DNA from: a candidate division WOR-3 bacterium
GTDB lineage: Bacteria > Hydrothermota > Tepidihabitantia > Tepidihabitantales > Tepidihabitantaceae
Length of the DNA stretch: 64,000 nucleotides
Direction: 5' to 3'
Assembly: GCA_965649205.1 (NCBI GenBank)
Contig: CBFGJV010000001.1
Location: 1-64,000 of the forward strand
Part shown: positions 10,549-20,396 of the stretch, piece by piece
How the letters are laid out: each line of letters begins with the position of its first letter
Position numbering within the stretch: position 1 is the stretch's first letter
Notes under the pieces: model-generated
Database searches by the model: none
Told to the model about the DNA's origin: nothing
What the model saw: only the letters and a program-made list of their open reading frames with translations
Program-made: the position numbers and the translations under genes

Positions 10549-12396
10549 GTGAATTTGGATTTTACCGTTCTCATTTCTGGTCAAGCCGGTCAGGGTGTAC
10601 AACTCTTGGCGGAGATTTTAGGTCGAGCGCTGGTGCGCCATGGTTTTTCCGTGTTTGTTTCAATGGATGTAATGTCCAGAATTAGGGGAGGGCATAACCG
10701 TTGTCGACTGCGAATAACGGCTCATGCGCGAGGAGCCGATAGTGGAGTGGCGCATTTACTTGTTGCCCTAGATCCTCTTCAGGCGGGTTTCAGTTTCCCT
10801 GAGCTTTCCGCAGGCAGTGTGGTTCTGACCGATGATTCTACGGAGGTTCACCTACAGAACGAAAATAACTGGGGACAGACTTTGGTTTCCGCGGACGGTG
10901 CGCAGGAGAGGCAAAGGAGTGTTTTCGTTCTACAGCTGCCGCTCGTCGAAACCTCTTTGGCGTTAGGTGGCAGCAAGGTTATGGCTAATATGGTAGCTGC
11001 TGGAGCTGTATTTGGGTTGTTTGGCCTTGAACCCGACATCTTGTGTCGGGTAGTTGAGGAACGTTTTAGAGGCAGCAATCAGGAAAGTGTAAGGCGGAAT
11101 GTGGCCTGTATCCGCAAGGGGGTTGAGCTTATTGTCCGTCGAGCTCGCAAAGGAACTCTGGCTCTTTCCCGTGAGACCGCGGAAAAGGCTGATAGTACCG
11201 GGCGGGTTTTTATGACTGGAGCGCAGGCCATCGCCCTTGGTGCGGTGGCTGGTGGGGTTAGGTTTGTCGCCGGGTATCCAATGTCTCCTGGGACGCCGAT
11301 ATTGGAAGCGTGCGCTTCTTGGCAGGAAAAAACTGGCATCATCGTCGAACAGGCAGAGGATGAAATTGCGGCTGTGAATATGGCTATTGGTGCTTCTTTC
11401 GCCGGTGCCTTGGGAATGGTGGCAACAGCAGGTGGCGGCATGTGTCTCATGAACGAAGGCATCAGCCTTGCCGGCATGACTGAGACTCCCCTCGTAGTGG
11501 TATCAGGAATGAGGCCGGGTCCGGCAACCGGTCTTGCTACGAGAACAGCTCAGGCAGATCTGCTTTTTGCGCTTTCCTGCGGTCACGGGGAGTTTCCTCG
11601 AGCAGTGTTATGTCCGGGAACGGCGGAGCAGGCTTTCTGTGTTATGCAGCGTGCCTGCGCCATTGCTGTAAAGTATCAAATCCCTGTGATAGTGCTATTT
11701 GACCAGTTCATGGGAGATGCATATTGGACATGTGAGGAGCGGGCCTTGGGCGTAGACATTCCCGTTTCTTTAGCTGAAGTGGCACAGAAGCATTTCGATG
11801 GTCCTTATACTTATCGGCGATATGAACTGACTAGGGAAGGTATGTCGCCTCTTATACTGCCGGGTACCAAAGATCAACTTGTCTATGCTGATTCAGATGA
11901 GCATACGCCAGAGGGACACATAACAGAATCGGCAGAGATCAGAAGCCACATGGTGTGTAAGCGACTGGCTAAGCTGTCTGGTATTGCGGCAGAATTAGTA
12001 CCTCCAGAGCGCTATCCCGATGCAGAGGCTGATACGATTGTATTCTGCTTTGGATCGATGAAGGGAGCTGTCCGGGAGGCTGTAGAAATACTAGACAGTG
12101 CCGTCGACAGTCCGCAGCTTGGCGGGACACCAACAGAGGCGATTTTCCCCTCAGTTACGAAAAGGGTAGCTATGGTGCACTTCTGTGACCTATGGCCATT
12201 TCCAGAGAAGCGAGTAGTAGAATTGGCTGGTCGGGCACGCAGATTCCTGACTGTGGAAGGTAACTATACTGCTCAGCTGGCACAGTTGATTACTCAAGAA
12301 ACCGGTCTGAAAATAGATGGCTCTGTCCGTAGGTATGACGGTCGTCCACTTACAGTGACCGACGTTGTACGGGGACTTCGGCAACTGGGAATATGA
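10549..12396 (+). CDS. korA: 2-oxoacid:ferredoxin oxidoreductase subunit alpha, copy 2
   Basis: GQAGQGV, SRIRGGHN, GYPMSP, EQAEDE, RPGPATG, GHGEFPR, SDEH, YDGRP. Confidence 0.9.
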   Translation: MNLDFTVLISGQAGQGVQLLAEILGRALVRHGFSVFVSMDVMSRIRGGHNRCRLRITAHARGADSGVAHLLVALDPLQAGFSFPELSAGSVVLTDDSTEVHLQNENNWGQTLVSADGAQERQRSVFVLQLPLVETSLALGGSKVMANMVAAGAVFGLFGLEPDILCRVVEERFRGSNQESVRRNVACIRKGVELIVRRARKGTLALSRETAEKADSTGRVFMTGAQAIALGAVAGGVRFVAGYPMSPGTPILEACASWQEKTGIIVEQAEDEIAAVNMAIGASFAGALGMVATAGGGMCLMNEGISLAGMTETPLVVVSGMRPGPATGLATRTAQADLLFALSCGHGEFPRAVLCPGTAEQAFCVMQRACAIAVKYQIPVIVLFDQFMGDAYWTCEERALGVDIPVSLAEVAQKHFDGPYTYRRYELTREGMSPLILPGTKDQLVYADSDEHTPEGHITESAEIRSHMVCKRLAKLSGIAAELVPPERYPDAEADTIVFCFGSMKGAVREAVEILDSAVDSPQLGGTPTEAIFPSVTKRVAMVHFCDLWPFPEKRVVELAGRARRFLTVEGNYTAQLAQLITQETGLKIDGSVRRYDGRPLTVTDVVRGLRQLGI

Positions 12397-13223
12397 ACCC
12401 GCAAGAATACAACAGCGAAGACCCTATTGCTTGGTGTCCCGGTTGCGGGAACTTTGGTATCAGGGAAGCGGTGAAGATTGCATTGGCGGAGTTGGGTATC
12501 GAGCCGTGGCAGACCTGCTTTGTCTCGGGTATTGGTCAGGCTGCCAAGTTGCCGCATTACATTCGTTGCAATCTTTTTAACGGTCTGCATGGTAGGACTT
12601 TACCTGTGGCTACGGCTATCAAGCTAGTCAATCCGGAACTAGTAGTCATTGCCGAAGGTGGAGACGGCGATGGATATGCCGAGGGGTGTAATCACTTTTT
12701 GCACTGTTTACGTCGTAACCCGGATGTGACCTATCTTGTACATAACAATCAGGTATACGGTTTGACAAAAGGGCAGACCTCGCCGACTAGCGAAAAGGGG
12801 TATGTTGCAAAGACCACGCCTTTCGGGGCAATTGCTCCGGGTTTGAACCCGATTGCCTTAGCTATAGCGCTTGATGCGGGATTTGTTGCCCGAAGCTTTT
12901 CCAACAATACGCGCCACCTAGCAGATACGATCAAGCAGGCGATAAGGTATCCAGGATTTGCTTTTGTGGATATTCTGCAGCCATGTGTTAGTTTCAATAA
13001 GGTGAATACAGCCCAGTGGTATAGAGAACGAGTGTATGAACTTGGTCCTGATTATGATCCAACGGACCGTCTACAAGCTTTCGAAAAGGCCTTCGAGTGG
13101 GGTGAACGGATTCCCCTTGGTGTTATTTATCGTTCCCGGCGACCAGCTTATTCGAAACCTGCGCATCAGGTGGAGCTCGAAGGTTGGAATGTAGTTGCCG
13201 ACCTAATTCGTAGACTGCGATAA
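12393..13223 (+). CDS. korB: 2-oxoacid:ferredoxin oxidoreductase subunit beta, copy 2
   Basis: WCPGCGNFGI, LHGR, GGDGD, NNQVYGLTKGQTSPT, QPCVSFN. Confidence 0.92.
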   Translation: MNPQEYNSEDPIAWCPGCGNFGIREAVKIALAELGIEPWQTCFVSGIGQAAKLPHYIRCNLFNGLHGRTLPVATAIKLVNPELVVIAEGGDGDGYAEGCNHFLHCLRRNPDVTYLVHNNQVYGLTKGQTSPTSEKGYVAKTTPFGAIAPGLNPIALAIALDAGFVARSFSNNTRHLADTIKQAIRYPGFAFVDILQPCVSFNKVNTAQWYRERVYELGPDYDPTDRLQAFEKAFEWGERIPLGVIYRSRRPAYSKPAHQVELEGWNVVADLIRRLR

Positions 13224-13287
13224 TAATTTCAAAAGCTCCGACCGGAAACGATCCGGTTGCGTTTGATGGCGGGTGCGTGCAAAATAG

Positions 13288-14667
13288 CTATTCAATCAAC
13301 ACGGCGCCCGGCAGGTGAAGTTCTTGTTTTGTTATCGGACCCACTATGACTACCAGACAGTTCTCTGGTGACAATCGATGGCGGCCGGCTTGGTTCACCT
13401 GTTCCAAAGTTACCTTCCGTACCTCCGCAGGAAACTGTTCCAGCCAGTCGTCACCAAATTGGTATAGTTCCTGAGTAATCAGTTGAGACAGTTTGCCGGA
13501 GTTGGAGCTGTAGCTGAGGGGAAAACTACCGGCGAAGTAGTTCTGAGCGTTACGCAGTTCGGCCAGTGTGCAACCTGATTTGTGTAGTTCTCGCATAGCA
13601 CCAAACATATAGCTAAGAGCTTTTGCCGGTTCCGCGGTTTGTACTGTGGCATGAAAGGCACCGGGAAGCTTATGCCGGTCAAACCAGCAACGCACGTCGT
13701 AAGCCAGACCCCTTTCTTCCCGTACTGATTTGCCGAGGCGAGAAGATTTTGGGTTTCCGCCTAGTATGTAAGCCAGCAGTCTTGCAGCCAGCATATCAGT
13801 GTCAGATACGGAAATTCCCGGGTGGCCGAACTCAATGAAACACTGGTTAAGCTCCGGGCGGGTGATAAGTTTTACCTGCAGTCCCGACGGGAAGTTTATG
13901 TTAGGGTGCTGAAGAGATGGAATGGAAGCAGGTTTCCAAGAGCCGAAGTAGTGTTCCAGCAGGGTTAGTAGTCTTTGCTGGTCGAAGTCGCCAACTGCAA
14001 TAACAAAACAGTTGTTTGGTCGATAGTGGTCCCGGTGAAATGAAACTATATCTGCGTGGGAAATGCGGTTCAGAGAGGCAGTATCTCCGTTGGGGGGCAG
14101 GGCATAGCGGTGAGCGCCGAAAAGAAGACGGCGGAAGGTGTGACTCACCATTGTCCTCGGGTTGTCAAGCGAACGTCGAGCCAGGAGGATTTCCTGCGTT
14201 CGGCTTCGTTCGAATTCCTTAGGGTCGAAAGTGGGATAAAGCAGGGCATTGGCTATGATGTCTAAACCCTGTTCCAAGTCTTTTGCTAAACATCGTAATG
14301 TGAGACTGGTGCGGTCATAATCTGTCTGGGCACTGGCGATTGCGCCCAGTAAATCCAGCGCGTTAGCAACCGAATCTGCGTTACGTCTCGAATCGCCGCG
14401 CAAAAGTAGGGTTCCTACAAGATGAGCCACCCCTTCTTTTCCGACGGGGTCCTCTGCCGCACCAGAGCGACACACGACCGCAATGTCCAATATGGGTAAC
14501 CTGGCGTCGGGATAGGTCAGGACAGTTAACCCGTTGGATAAGGTGGTACGACGTAACAAGGCTGCAGAAGAGGAAACGGAGATACAGAACAGCAAGAGGA
14601 TGATGGTCATCACAAATGGAGCTGCAAACTGTAACGTAGTTTTTTTGTGCGGGAAGTGAACGTTCAT
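13288..14667 (-). CDS. M16 (pitrilysin-family) peptidase, non-catalytic subunit
   Basis: LSNGLTV, SRLGKSVREERGLAY; the HxxEH site reads HLVGT; hydrophobic N-terminus. Confidence 0.88.
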   Translation of the reverse strand: MNVHFPHKKTTLQFAAPFVMTIILLLFCISVSSSAALLRRTTLSNGLTVLTYPDARLPILDIAVVCRSGAAEDPVGKEGVAHLVGTLLLRGDSRRNADSVANALDLLGAIASAQTDYDRTSLTLRCLAKDLEQGLDIIANALLYPTFDPKEFERSRTQEILLARRSLDNPRTMVSHTFRRLLFGAHRYALPPNGDTASLNRISHADIVSFHRDHYRPNNCFVIAVGDFDQQRLLTLLEHYFGSWKPASIPSLQHPNINFPSGLQVKLITRPELNQCFIEFGHPGISVSDTDMLAARLLAYILGGNPKSSRLGKSVREERGLAYDVRCWFDRHKLPGAFHATVQTAEPAKALSYMFGAMRELHKSGCTLAELRNAQNYFAGSFPLSYSSNSGKLSQLITQELYQFGDDWLEQFPAEVRKVTLEQVNQAGRHRLSPENCLVVIVGPITKQELHLPGAVLIE

Positions 14668-15968
14668 CTGTTCATCTCGTTCTCCGGCAGGAGGATGCCT
14701 ACCGTGCGATTGTTGCTGACAAGATAACGTCGGCAGAACTCGCTGACTTGCTCGGGGGTTATCTGGAGCAGGCGTTGGCGTTCGCGAAGAAAATGGCGCC
14801 AGTCGCCATGGATGATGTATGAAGAAGCGAGTTGGCTGGCAACGTTATGTATGGCGTCACGGTTGTAGTAATCCTCAGCCAACAGCCCATTGGCTACGCG
14901 TGTCATTTCCTGCGCGGTGGGTGGTTCTGTGGCGAGCCGGGCAATCTCTTTTTCGATGCTGGTCTCAATGTAGGGGATAAGACTTTCTGCTTTTGGTACC
15001 ACCTGGATTTCCAACAATCCGGGGTCGAGGGTAACCGCATTCCACGCTGCACAACTGACGGCGAGTTCTTGTTGTATCACCAGTGCTTGGTATAGGCGGG
15101 AGTTACGGCCCGAAGCCAGCAGGCGGGCCGTAACATATCCAGCCAGGTACAAGGAATCTTTCACACCAGGAGCGTGGTAACCGATAAGCATAATGGGTTG
15201 TGCTATGGGGCGTCGAACTGTAAGACGGCGTTCTCCTGTTTGTACCGGCTCCGAGTGGTACAAGATCGAACGACCAGGAGATTTTCCTTTGAGCTTCCCG
15301 AAGTAGCGTTCGGCTTGGCGATGGACTTCAGCTGGCTGAACATGTCCAGCTACAACTAATACGGCATTAGCAGGGTTATAGTATTGCCTGTACCAACTGT
15401 TCAGTTTTTGGACTGTAAAAGATTTTATGTCCTCAGGCCATCCGATTACGGGGTTGCGTTGGGGATTAGCCAGAAAAGCAACTGCTCTATAGGTTTCTCT
15501 CAGGATTGATGAGGGGTTGTTGTCATGAAGCCGGCGTTCTTCAAGGACGACTTGGTGTTCAGTTGCGAACTCCGGCTCGGAGAAAATACACGTTGACATC
15601 CTGGCTGCTTCTAGTTGCAGACCCAGTTTCCAGTGTTCGCAGGAGAGATTTTCGAAGTATCCGGTGAAGTAGGTAGATGTAAAACCGTTCTTCTGGGCAC
15701 CGACAGAGTCTAGGATGCGGTCAAAATCGCCAGGCTGGTAAGCACGAGAGTGTTTGAAAGTCATGTGCTCCAGCATATGGGAAATGCCAGTGTGGCCAGT
15801 TTGTTCGTCATAGGCTCCTACTCGATAGTACATTTGTACCGAAGCAACTGGAGCCGATGTGTCTACATATACCAGTATTTTTAGCCCGTTTTGTAGGGTG
15901 TATTCATGAACGTTCAGTTCAAACTCCTGTGGTACGGCAATTACAGTGAGGGCCAGTAGGATATACAC
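14664..15968 (-). CDS. M16 (pitrilysin-family) zinc peptidase, catalytic subunit
   Basis: LQNGLKI, GISHMLEHMTF (HxxEH), NGFTS, VLEERR, SRLYQ. Confidence 0.92.
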   Translation of the reverse strand: MYILLALTVIAVPQEFELNVHEYTLQNGLKILVYVDTSAPVASVQMYYRVGAYDEQTGHTGISHMLEHMTFKHSRAYQPGDFDRILDSVGAQKNGFTSTYFTGYFENLSCEHWKLGLQLEAARMSTCIFSEPEFATEHQVVLEERRLHDNNPSSILRETYRAVAFLANPQRNPVIGWPEDIKSFTVQKLNSWYRQYYNPANAVLVVAGHVQPAEVHRQAERYFGKLKGKSPGRSILYHSEPVQTGERRLTVRRPIAQPIMLIGYHAPGVKDSLYLAGYVTARLLASGRNSRLYQALVIQQELAVSCAAWNAVTLDPGLLEIQVVPKAESLIPYIETSIEKEIARLATEPPTAQEMTRVANGLLAEDYYNRDAIHNVASQLASSYIIHGDWRHFLRERQRLLQITPEQVSEFCRRYLVSNNRTVGILLPENEMNR

Positions 15969-15971
15969 GCG

Positions 15972-17987
15972 CTATCTTAGGATAACAAGTCTTAATTCAG
16001 GGGCATCACCAGTCAAACGGCAGAAATATACACCGGGGCTGACAGATGTGGTCTTCCAGATTACTTCCTGATTACGAATGGGTACATTGCAGACGACGCG
16101 ACCAGCCGCATTTCGGATAGTAAGCCGCGTGTTTGGTTCTATCTGTTCCAGCAAACGGAAAAGTACTGGCCAGCGCGCCGGATTTGGGCATACTAGCTTG
16201 CGAGTAGAATGTTTGAGACTGACGAGCTGGGAAATTCCTACGTTGGGACGGTTGATTCCTTCTATTGCATCCAGGTTGAAGGTACCATTTGCGGTCAGTC
16301 TGATGTATCTGATGCTGTCGAGGCCAGAAGAACCGAGATCGAGATGGGTTTGTGCTGCATTGGCAGTGCCGATGAGGGTCCAAGGACCCTGCCATGAGTG
16401 CGAACCCTGTACGGTGGCAGTGCCGCTGCCTGAGGAGCGGTATACTATCATGTCGGGGCCGGGTCCATTCCTTATCGGACGATGCATATCGAGGCAGATG
16501 TATTTGCCATTATCGAGGCGGAAGGCGGCTCCGTCGGCGCGACCAAGTGCACTGATTGGGTACGTGCGATTTGAAAGCGGATCCACATAGCTACAGTAGA
16601 TGAAGCGGAAGGCGAATAGTGGTGCTGTTGTATCGGGCATCATTTGCACGTCTAGGGTAACGGAAGAATCTCCAAAGCCCGGAACGATCACGCCAGTTAG
16701 AGTCGTATCGCGGTAGCCGGGCGAACGAAAAGTTACGTCGTAGGTACCGGGTAGATAGAAACGATGAAAGTCGCCCAGCGATGTGTCATTGTAACTGGGC
16801 CAGTTGGCCGGGCTGACAAGAATTTGTGCTGGTATTGGTTGCCCGGTTACAATGTCGCTAACAGTACCGTGTATGCCCTGACCTGCCCGATGAATAAATT
16901 CCAACATGGCGGGGCGGTTTTTATTAAAAGTAGGGTCGATTTCTGATGCTGGAGGGGTCTTAGTGGTGTGAACTTCGATAGACCAACCCATCATACCTTG
17001 ACCGAAGTCGAAGTCCTTGGTGGAGCCATTGATGGGGTACATACCCGAGTAGCCTTGGCCGACGGTATAGCCGGTGGGCATATTGTAACGTCTGGAAAGA
17101 AACAGTATGTTGCGATTCTCAGGTATGGGCAACGAGTCAGGCGAACAACTCCAGGGATACGAGATGAAAACAGTGCCGGAATGAAAAGATACGAAGAGTA
17201 CGAAAGGATGACGCATGATATGCGCCAGTACAGCTTGGTTTTCTGGCTCTGAAAATGGGGCTGATCCCATTGCATTTTCGTTTCCCCACATCCAGCCCCA
17301 GTTTCGGTTCAGATCTACGTTTCGGTCGTTGTACCGGCTGGTTCTGATGTATCCGTCCGGATTATACATAGGCAGAAGCCAGATCTCTCGGGAATCAACC
17401 AGCCTTGTAACTAGCGGATCCGCGCCGTAATTCTGACACAGGTATTTCAGCATTTCAAACGTCACAGCCCAACCGATTTTCTCGTCTCCGTGGATAGCTC
17501 CCTCAAAATGCACCGCAGGTTCATTTTCATGTGACCCTGGGTTGTCAGATACCTTCATTGTCAGAAGAAGTCGGCCACCGTAAGAGACTCCCAATGTTTC
17601 TAGTTTACAGATATGGGGGTTATTACGTGCGATTGTGTACATCGTGTCCAGGAATTGCTGGTAGGTTAGGTACTGTCCTAACAGGCAACCTTCGATGAAA
17701 TTAGCGTGGTATACACCAGTTATGTTTTTAACGATGGTTTCTAGCTGGAACCCAGCAGTACGCAGAGCATCTTGCTGGGACTGGGTAGCTTCTGCTATCA
17801 ACCCTGCAGCATCTGCGTAGTTGATCCAAACGCCTTTTGCTTCAATGATGGCAGCTTCATTGTGGCTGGCGTTCGTTATACGGACAAGGTCGCGTATCTC
17901 TGCGTTCGTTTCAGGTGTTCCTCCCGAGAGCAGGGAGCTGACACTGCATAACAATGTTGTAATCAGGACGGTGGCTGACCTTGACAT
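15972..17987 (-). CDS. secreted M14 zinc carboxypeptidase with C-terminal sorting domain
   Basis: Signal peptide, IHGDE (HxxE), NPDG, VDLNRNW, SFHSG; CTD IRNAAGR...SPGVYFCRL. Confidence 0.92.
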   Translation of the reverse strand: MSRSATVLITTLLCSVSSLLSGGTPETNAEIRDLVRITNASHNEAAIIEAKGVWINYADAAGLIAEATQSQQDALRTAGFQLETIVKNITGVYHANFIEGCLLGQYLTYQQFLDTMYTIARNNPHICKLETLGVSYGGRLLLTMKVSDNPGSHENEPAVHFEGAIHGDEKIGWAVTFEMLKYLCQNYGADPLVTRLVDSREIWLLPMYNPDGYIRTSRYNDRNVDLNRNWGWMWGNENAMGSAPFSEPENQAVLAHIMRHPFVLFVSFHSGTVFISYPWSCSPDSLPIPENRNILFLSRRYNMPTGYTVGQGYSGMYPINGSTKDFDFGQGMMGWSIEVHTTKTPPASEIDPTFNKNRPAMLEFIHRAGQGIHGTVSDIVTGQPIPAQILVSPANWPSYNDTSLGDFHRFYLPGTYDVTFRSPGYRDTTLTGVIVPGFGDSSVTLDVQMMPDTTAPLFAFRFIYCSYVDPLSNRTYPISALGRADGAAFRLDNGKYICLDMHRPIRNGPGPDMIVYRSSGSGTATVQGSHSWQGPWTLIGTANAAQTHLDLGSSGLDSIRYIRLTANGTFNLDAIEGINRPNVGISQLVSLKHSTRKLVCPNPARWPVLFRLLEQIEPNTRLTIRNAAGRVVCNVPIRNQEVIWKTTSVSPGVYFCRLTGDAPELRLVILR

Positions 17988-18154
17988 TTTCTTTCTCCTC
18001 TTCTCATGAGCGGATTTGATTCCGGTCTGAGTGTTTCTGATTACCGAGATTGCTAACGGCTAGCCTAGTCATAACAAGTTATGATAAGAGGTTCGTTGCA
18101 GCTAGTCAAACACATGCTGCGACGGGAGCCAAGGTTGCAGTTGAAGTTCAACGC

Positions 18155-18182
18155 TTGACAACGGAGTGGTTTTCGTTAGATT
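18155..18182 (+). promoter_or_regulatory. promoter (TTGACA-N16-TAGATT) for the exbB-tonB-TBDR operon
   Basis: Perfect -35; SD AGGAGG before 18224/18227. Confidence 0.65.
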
Positions 18183-18226
18183 CTAACTTGACAGTAGCTC
18201 TATCGAAGAATCAATAGGAGGACTTG

Positions 18227-18844
18227 ATGATAGAGGAATTTAGAGCCGGCGGGGGAACCATGTGGTTCCTGCTGACTTGTGCAGTAATCGGTGTAGCCCT
18301 GGTGCTTGAGCGTTTGTTCACCATCTTCATTCGTCTGCGTGTGAATGTTCGTAAATTCACAACTCAGCTGATTGAAACGGTGAATTCTCAAGGCGTCAAA
18401 GCAGGTATTGAGTTGTGCAACAAGACTCCCAGTCCGGCAGCCAAGGTGCTGCGGGCGGCATTGGAAAGGGCTTCTGACGGGAAGGCAGCCATGGAGGATG
18501 CTATCGTTCAGGCGGGTACCTCTGAGCTAGCTTTTCTCGACCGCGGCATGGGACTCCTGGCGGGTATAGTTACGGTAGCACCCTTCTTCGGTTTTCTGGG
18601 TACTGTAACCGGAATGATAGGCGCGTTCAAGGCAGTGGCGGCTGTTGGCGAAGTGGAGCCTACGGTGGTAGCCAGTGGTATCTCTGAGGCACTGATAACC
18701 ACAAAGTGGGGCTTAATCATAGCCGCTCCTCTTTCAATTGTGCATATCCTGCTGTCGGGGCGGGTAAATGGGTACCTGCGCGAGATGGAGACGGCCTCGG
18801 CGGAACTTTTGGAGTTCTTGGTCAAGAAAACCGAGTGCAAGTAG
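18227..18844 (+). CDS. exbB: MotA/TolQ/ExbB proton channel protein
   Basis: APFFGFLGTVTGMIGAF, VASGISEALITT; three TM segments. Confidence 0.92.
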   Translation: MIEEFRAGGGTMWFLLTCAVIGVALVLERLFTIFIRLRVNVRKFTTQLIETVNSQGVKAGIELCNKTPSPAAKVLRAALERASDGKAAMEDAIVQAGTSELAFLDRGMGLLAGIVTVAPFFGFLGTVTGMIGAFKAVAAVGEVEPTVVASGISEALITTKWGLIIAAPLSIVHILLSGRVNGYLREMETASAELLEFLVKKTECK

Positions 18845-18856
18845 GCGGGAGCAGGC

Positions 18857-19279
18857 ATGAGATTGAGGAAGGGTGAGCGCTCAATAAGGAGAGCTACCAT
18901 TCCGACCGCCTCGATGGGAGATATTGCTTTCCTCATTATAATCTTCTTCATGACTACCAGCATATTCAGCCGCGAGAAGGGTTTGAAGATAGTTTTACCG
19001 GAAAAGGGCGAAGAGGTAAAAATAAAAAGCGAGAACATCCTTACTGTGTCAGTTAATCCTGCCGGGCAGGTGATGATAGGAGACCAGGTTGTTGCGATTC
19101 CGGAGGTGCGTGATTTGGTCATACGGAGGCTGGCGGAAAATCCAGACCTAGCAGTTGCTCTGCGGGTCAGCCGTAGCGCACCGTATCGAGTGATGATTGA
19201 TGTATTCGACCAGCTGAAGATGGCCAAGGCACAGCGTATTAGTTTGATGCCAGTAATAGAAGAAGGGGCCGGTCAATGA
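18857..19279 (+). CDS. exbD: ExbD/TolR family protein
   Basis: IPTASMGDIAFLIIIFFM (essential TM Asp). Confidence 0.9.
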   Translation: MRLRKGERSIRRATIPTASMGDIAFLIIIFFMTTSIFSREKGLKIVLPEKGEEVKIKSENILTVSVNPAGQVMIGDQVVAIPEVRDLVIRRLAENPDLAVALRVSRSAPYRVMIDVFDQLKMAKAQRISLMPVIEEGAGQ

Positions 19280-19698
19280 GAAGAATCGCCCGTAAGCGAG
19301 AAAATCAGCCAGAAATTCCTACAGCGTCAACGGCGGACGTAGCGTTTCTGCTCATAATTTTCTTCATGGTTTCTACGGTTTTTCGGCAGTCAAGAGGCTT
19401 GAAAGTTACACTTCCCCAGGCGGAGGCGACAGAGCGAATCTTGAAGCGGCGGAATGTGGTGAGCATCTGGATGGACAGCACCGGGAAAACGACTCTGGAC
19501 GACAATCTGGTGACCCCGGCGATTGTGACTACTGTAATGACGGAGAAAATAATAGAAAATCCTGACTTGGTAGTGACGGTTCAAGCCGACAGGGACGTGA
19601 GTTATGGCTATGTTACAGATTTGCTGGAGGCGTTGAAGGATGCCAGGGCACTCAAGGTAACATTTGCGACAGAATACAAGCTGGGTCAGGGAGGTTAG
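19276..19698 (+). CDS. exbD: ExbD/TolR family protein
   Basis: IPTASTADVAFLLIIFFMV, QADRDVSYG. Confidence 0.9.
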   Translation: MRRIARKRENQPEIPTASTADVAFLLIIFFMVSTVFRQSRGLKVTLPQAEATERILKRRNVVSIWMDSTGKTTLDDNLVTPAIVTTVMTEKIIENPDLVVTVQADRDVSYGYVTDLLEALKDARALKVTFATEYKLGQGG

Positions 19699-19699
19699 G

Positions 19700-20326
19700 G
19701 TGAGAAGTACGGCGAGGATTGAGTCGTTGGAGTGGGAAAGTCGCTACTATGCCATCGCTATTCGAGTAGCCACGGTGGTGGCTATTGTTCTGTTACTTGC
19801 CGCTTTTCTGTTTCTGCCTCGGGAATTTACGGTAAAACCTTATCAGCTGCGCGGTAGTGTAGAAACGGTGATGGAGGCTCTGCCGCCGGAACTAGAGAAA
19901 GTGGCCGAACCTCCTAAAGTGGAGAAGCCGCAGATGCCCGTAGCTGCGGCCAGTGAAGAGGAAGTGGAAGCTAAGACTATAGAGGCCACCACGTTTTCCG
20001 AGATAGTTAAACGGCCCGAGGAAACGGATATTCCTATAGTGCCCTTCTGGAAGGTAGAGGTAAAGCCTCAGCCTGTCAGTATACCAACACCTGTTTACCC
20101 CGAGATGGCTCGAAATGCGGGCATAGAAGGTCAGGTGGTTGTAAAAGCACTGGTGGACGTTACAGGAGATGTCATAGAGGCCGAAGTAATGAAGAGTTCG
20201 GGTAATCAAACTCTGGACGCTGCGGCTGTGGAGGCGGCGTATAAGGCCAAGTTTACCCCTGCCAAACAGCGTGATCAGCCGGTACGGGTCTATGTGTCTA
20301 TACCTTATCGCTTTACGCTGCAGTAG
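19700..20326 (+). CDS. tonB: TonB family energy transducer
   Basis: N-terminal TM, Pro/Glu-rich linker, TonB-C YPEMARNAGIEGQV...SSG...LDAAA...FTPA; start moved to GTG 19700 after GGAGG. Confidence 0.9.
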   Translation: MRSTARIESLEWESRYYAIAIRVATVVAIVLLLAAFLFLPREFTVKPYQLRGSVETVMEALPPELEKVAEPPKVEKPQMPVAAASEEEVEAKTIEATTFSEIVKRPEETDIPIVPFWKVEVKPQPVSIPTPVYPEMARNAGIEGQVVVKALVDVTGDVIEAEVMKSSGNQTLDAAAVEAAYKAKFTPAKQRDQPVRVYVSIPYRFTLQ

Positions 20327-20396
20327 GGACAGGTTAAAAGAATGCTAAGGGCCGCGATGAGTGATGTTGGTCAAACCTAAACAAAGGAGGAGTCTG

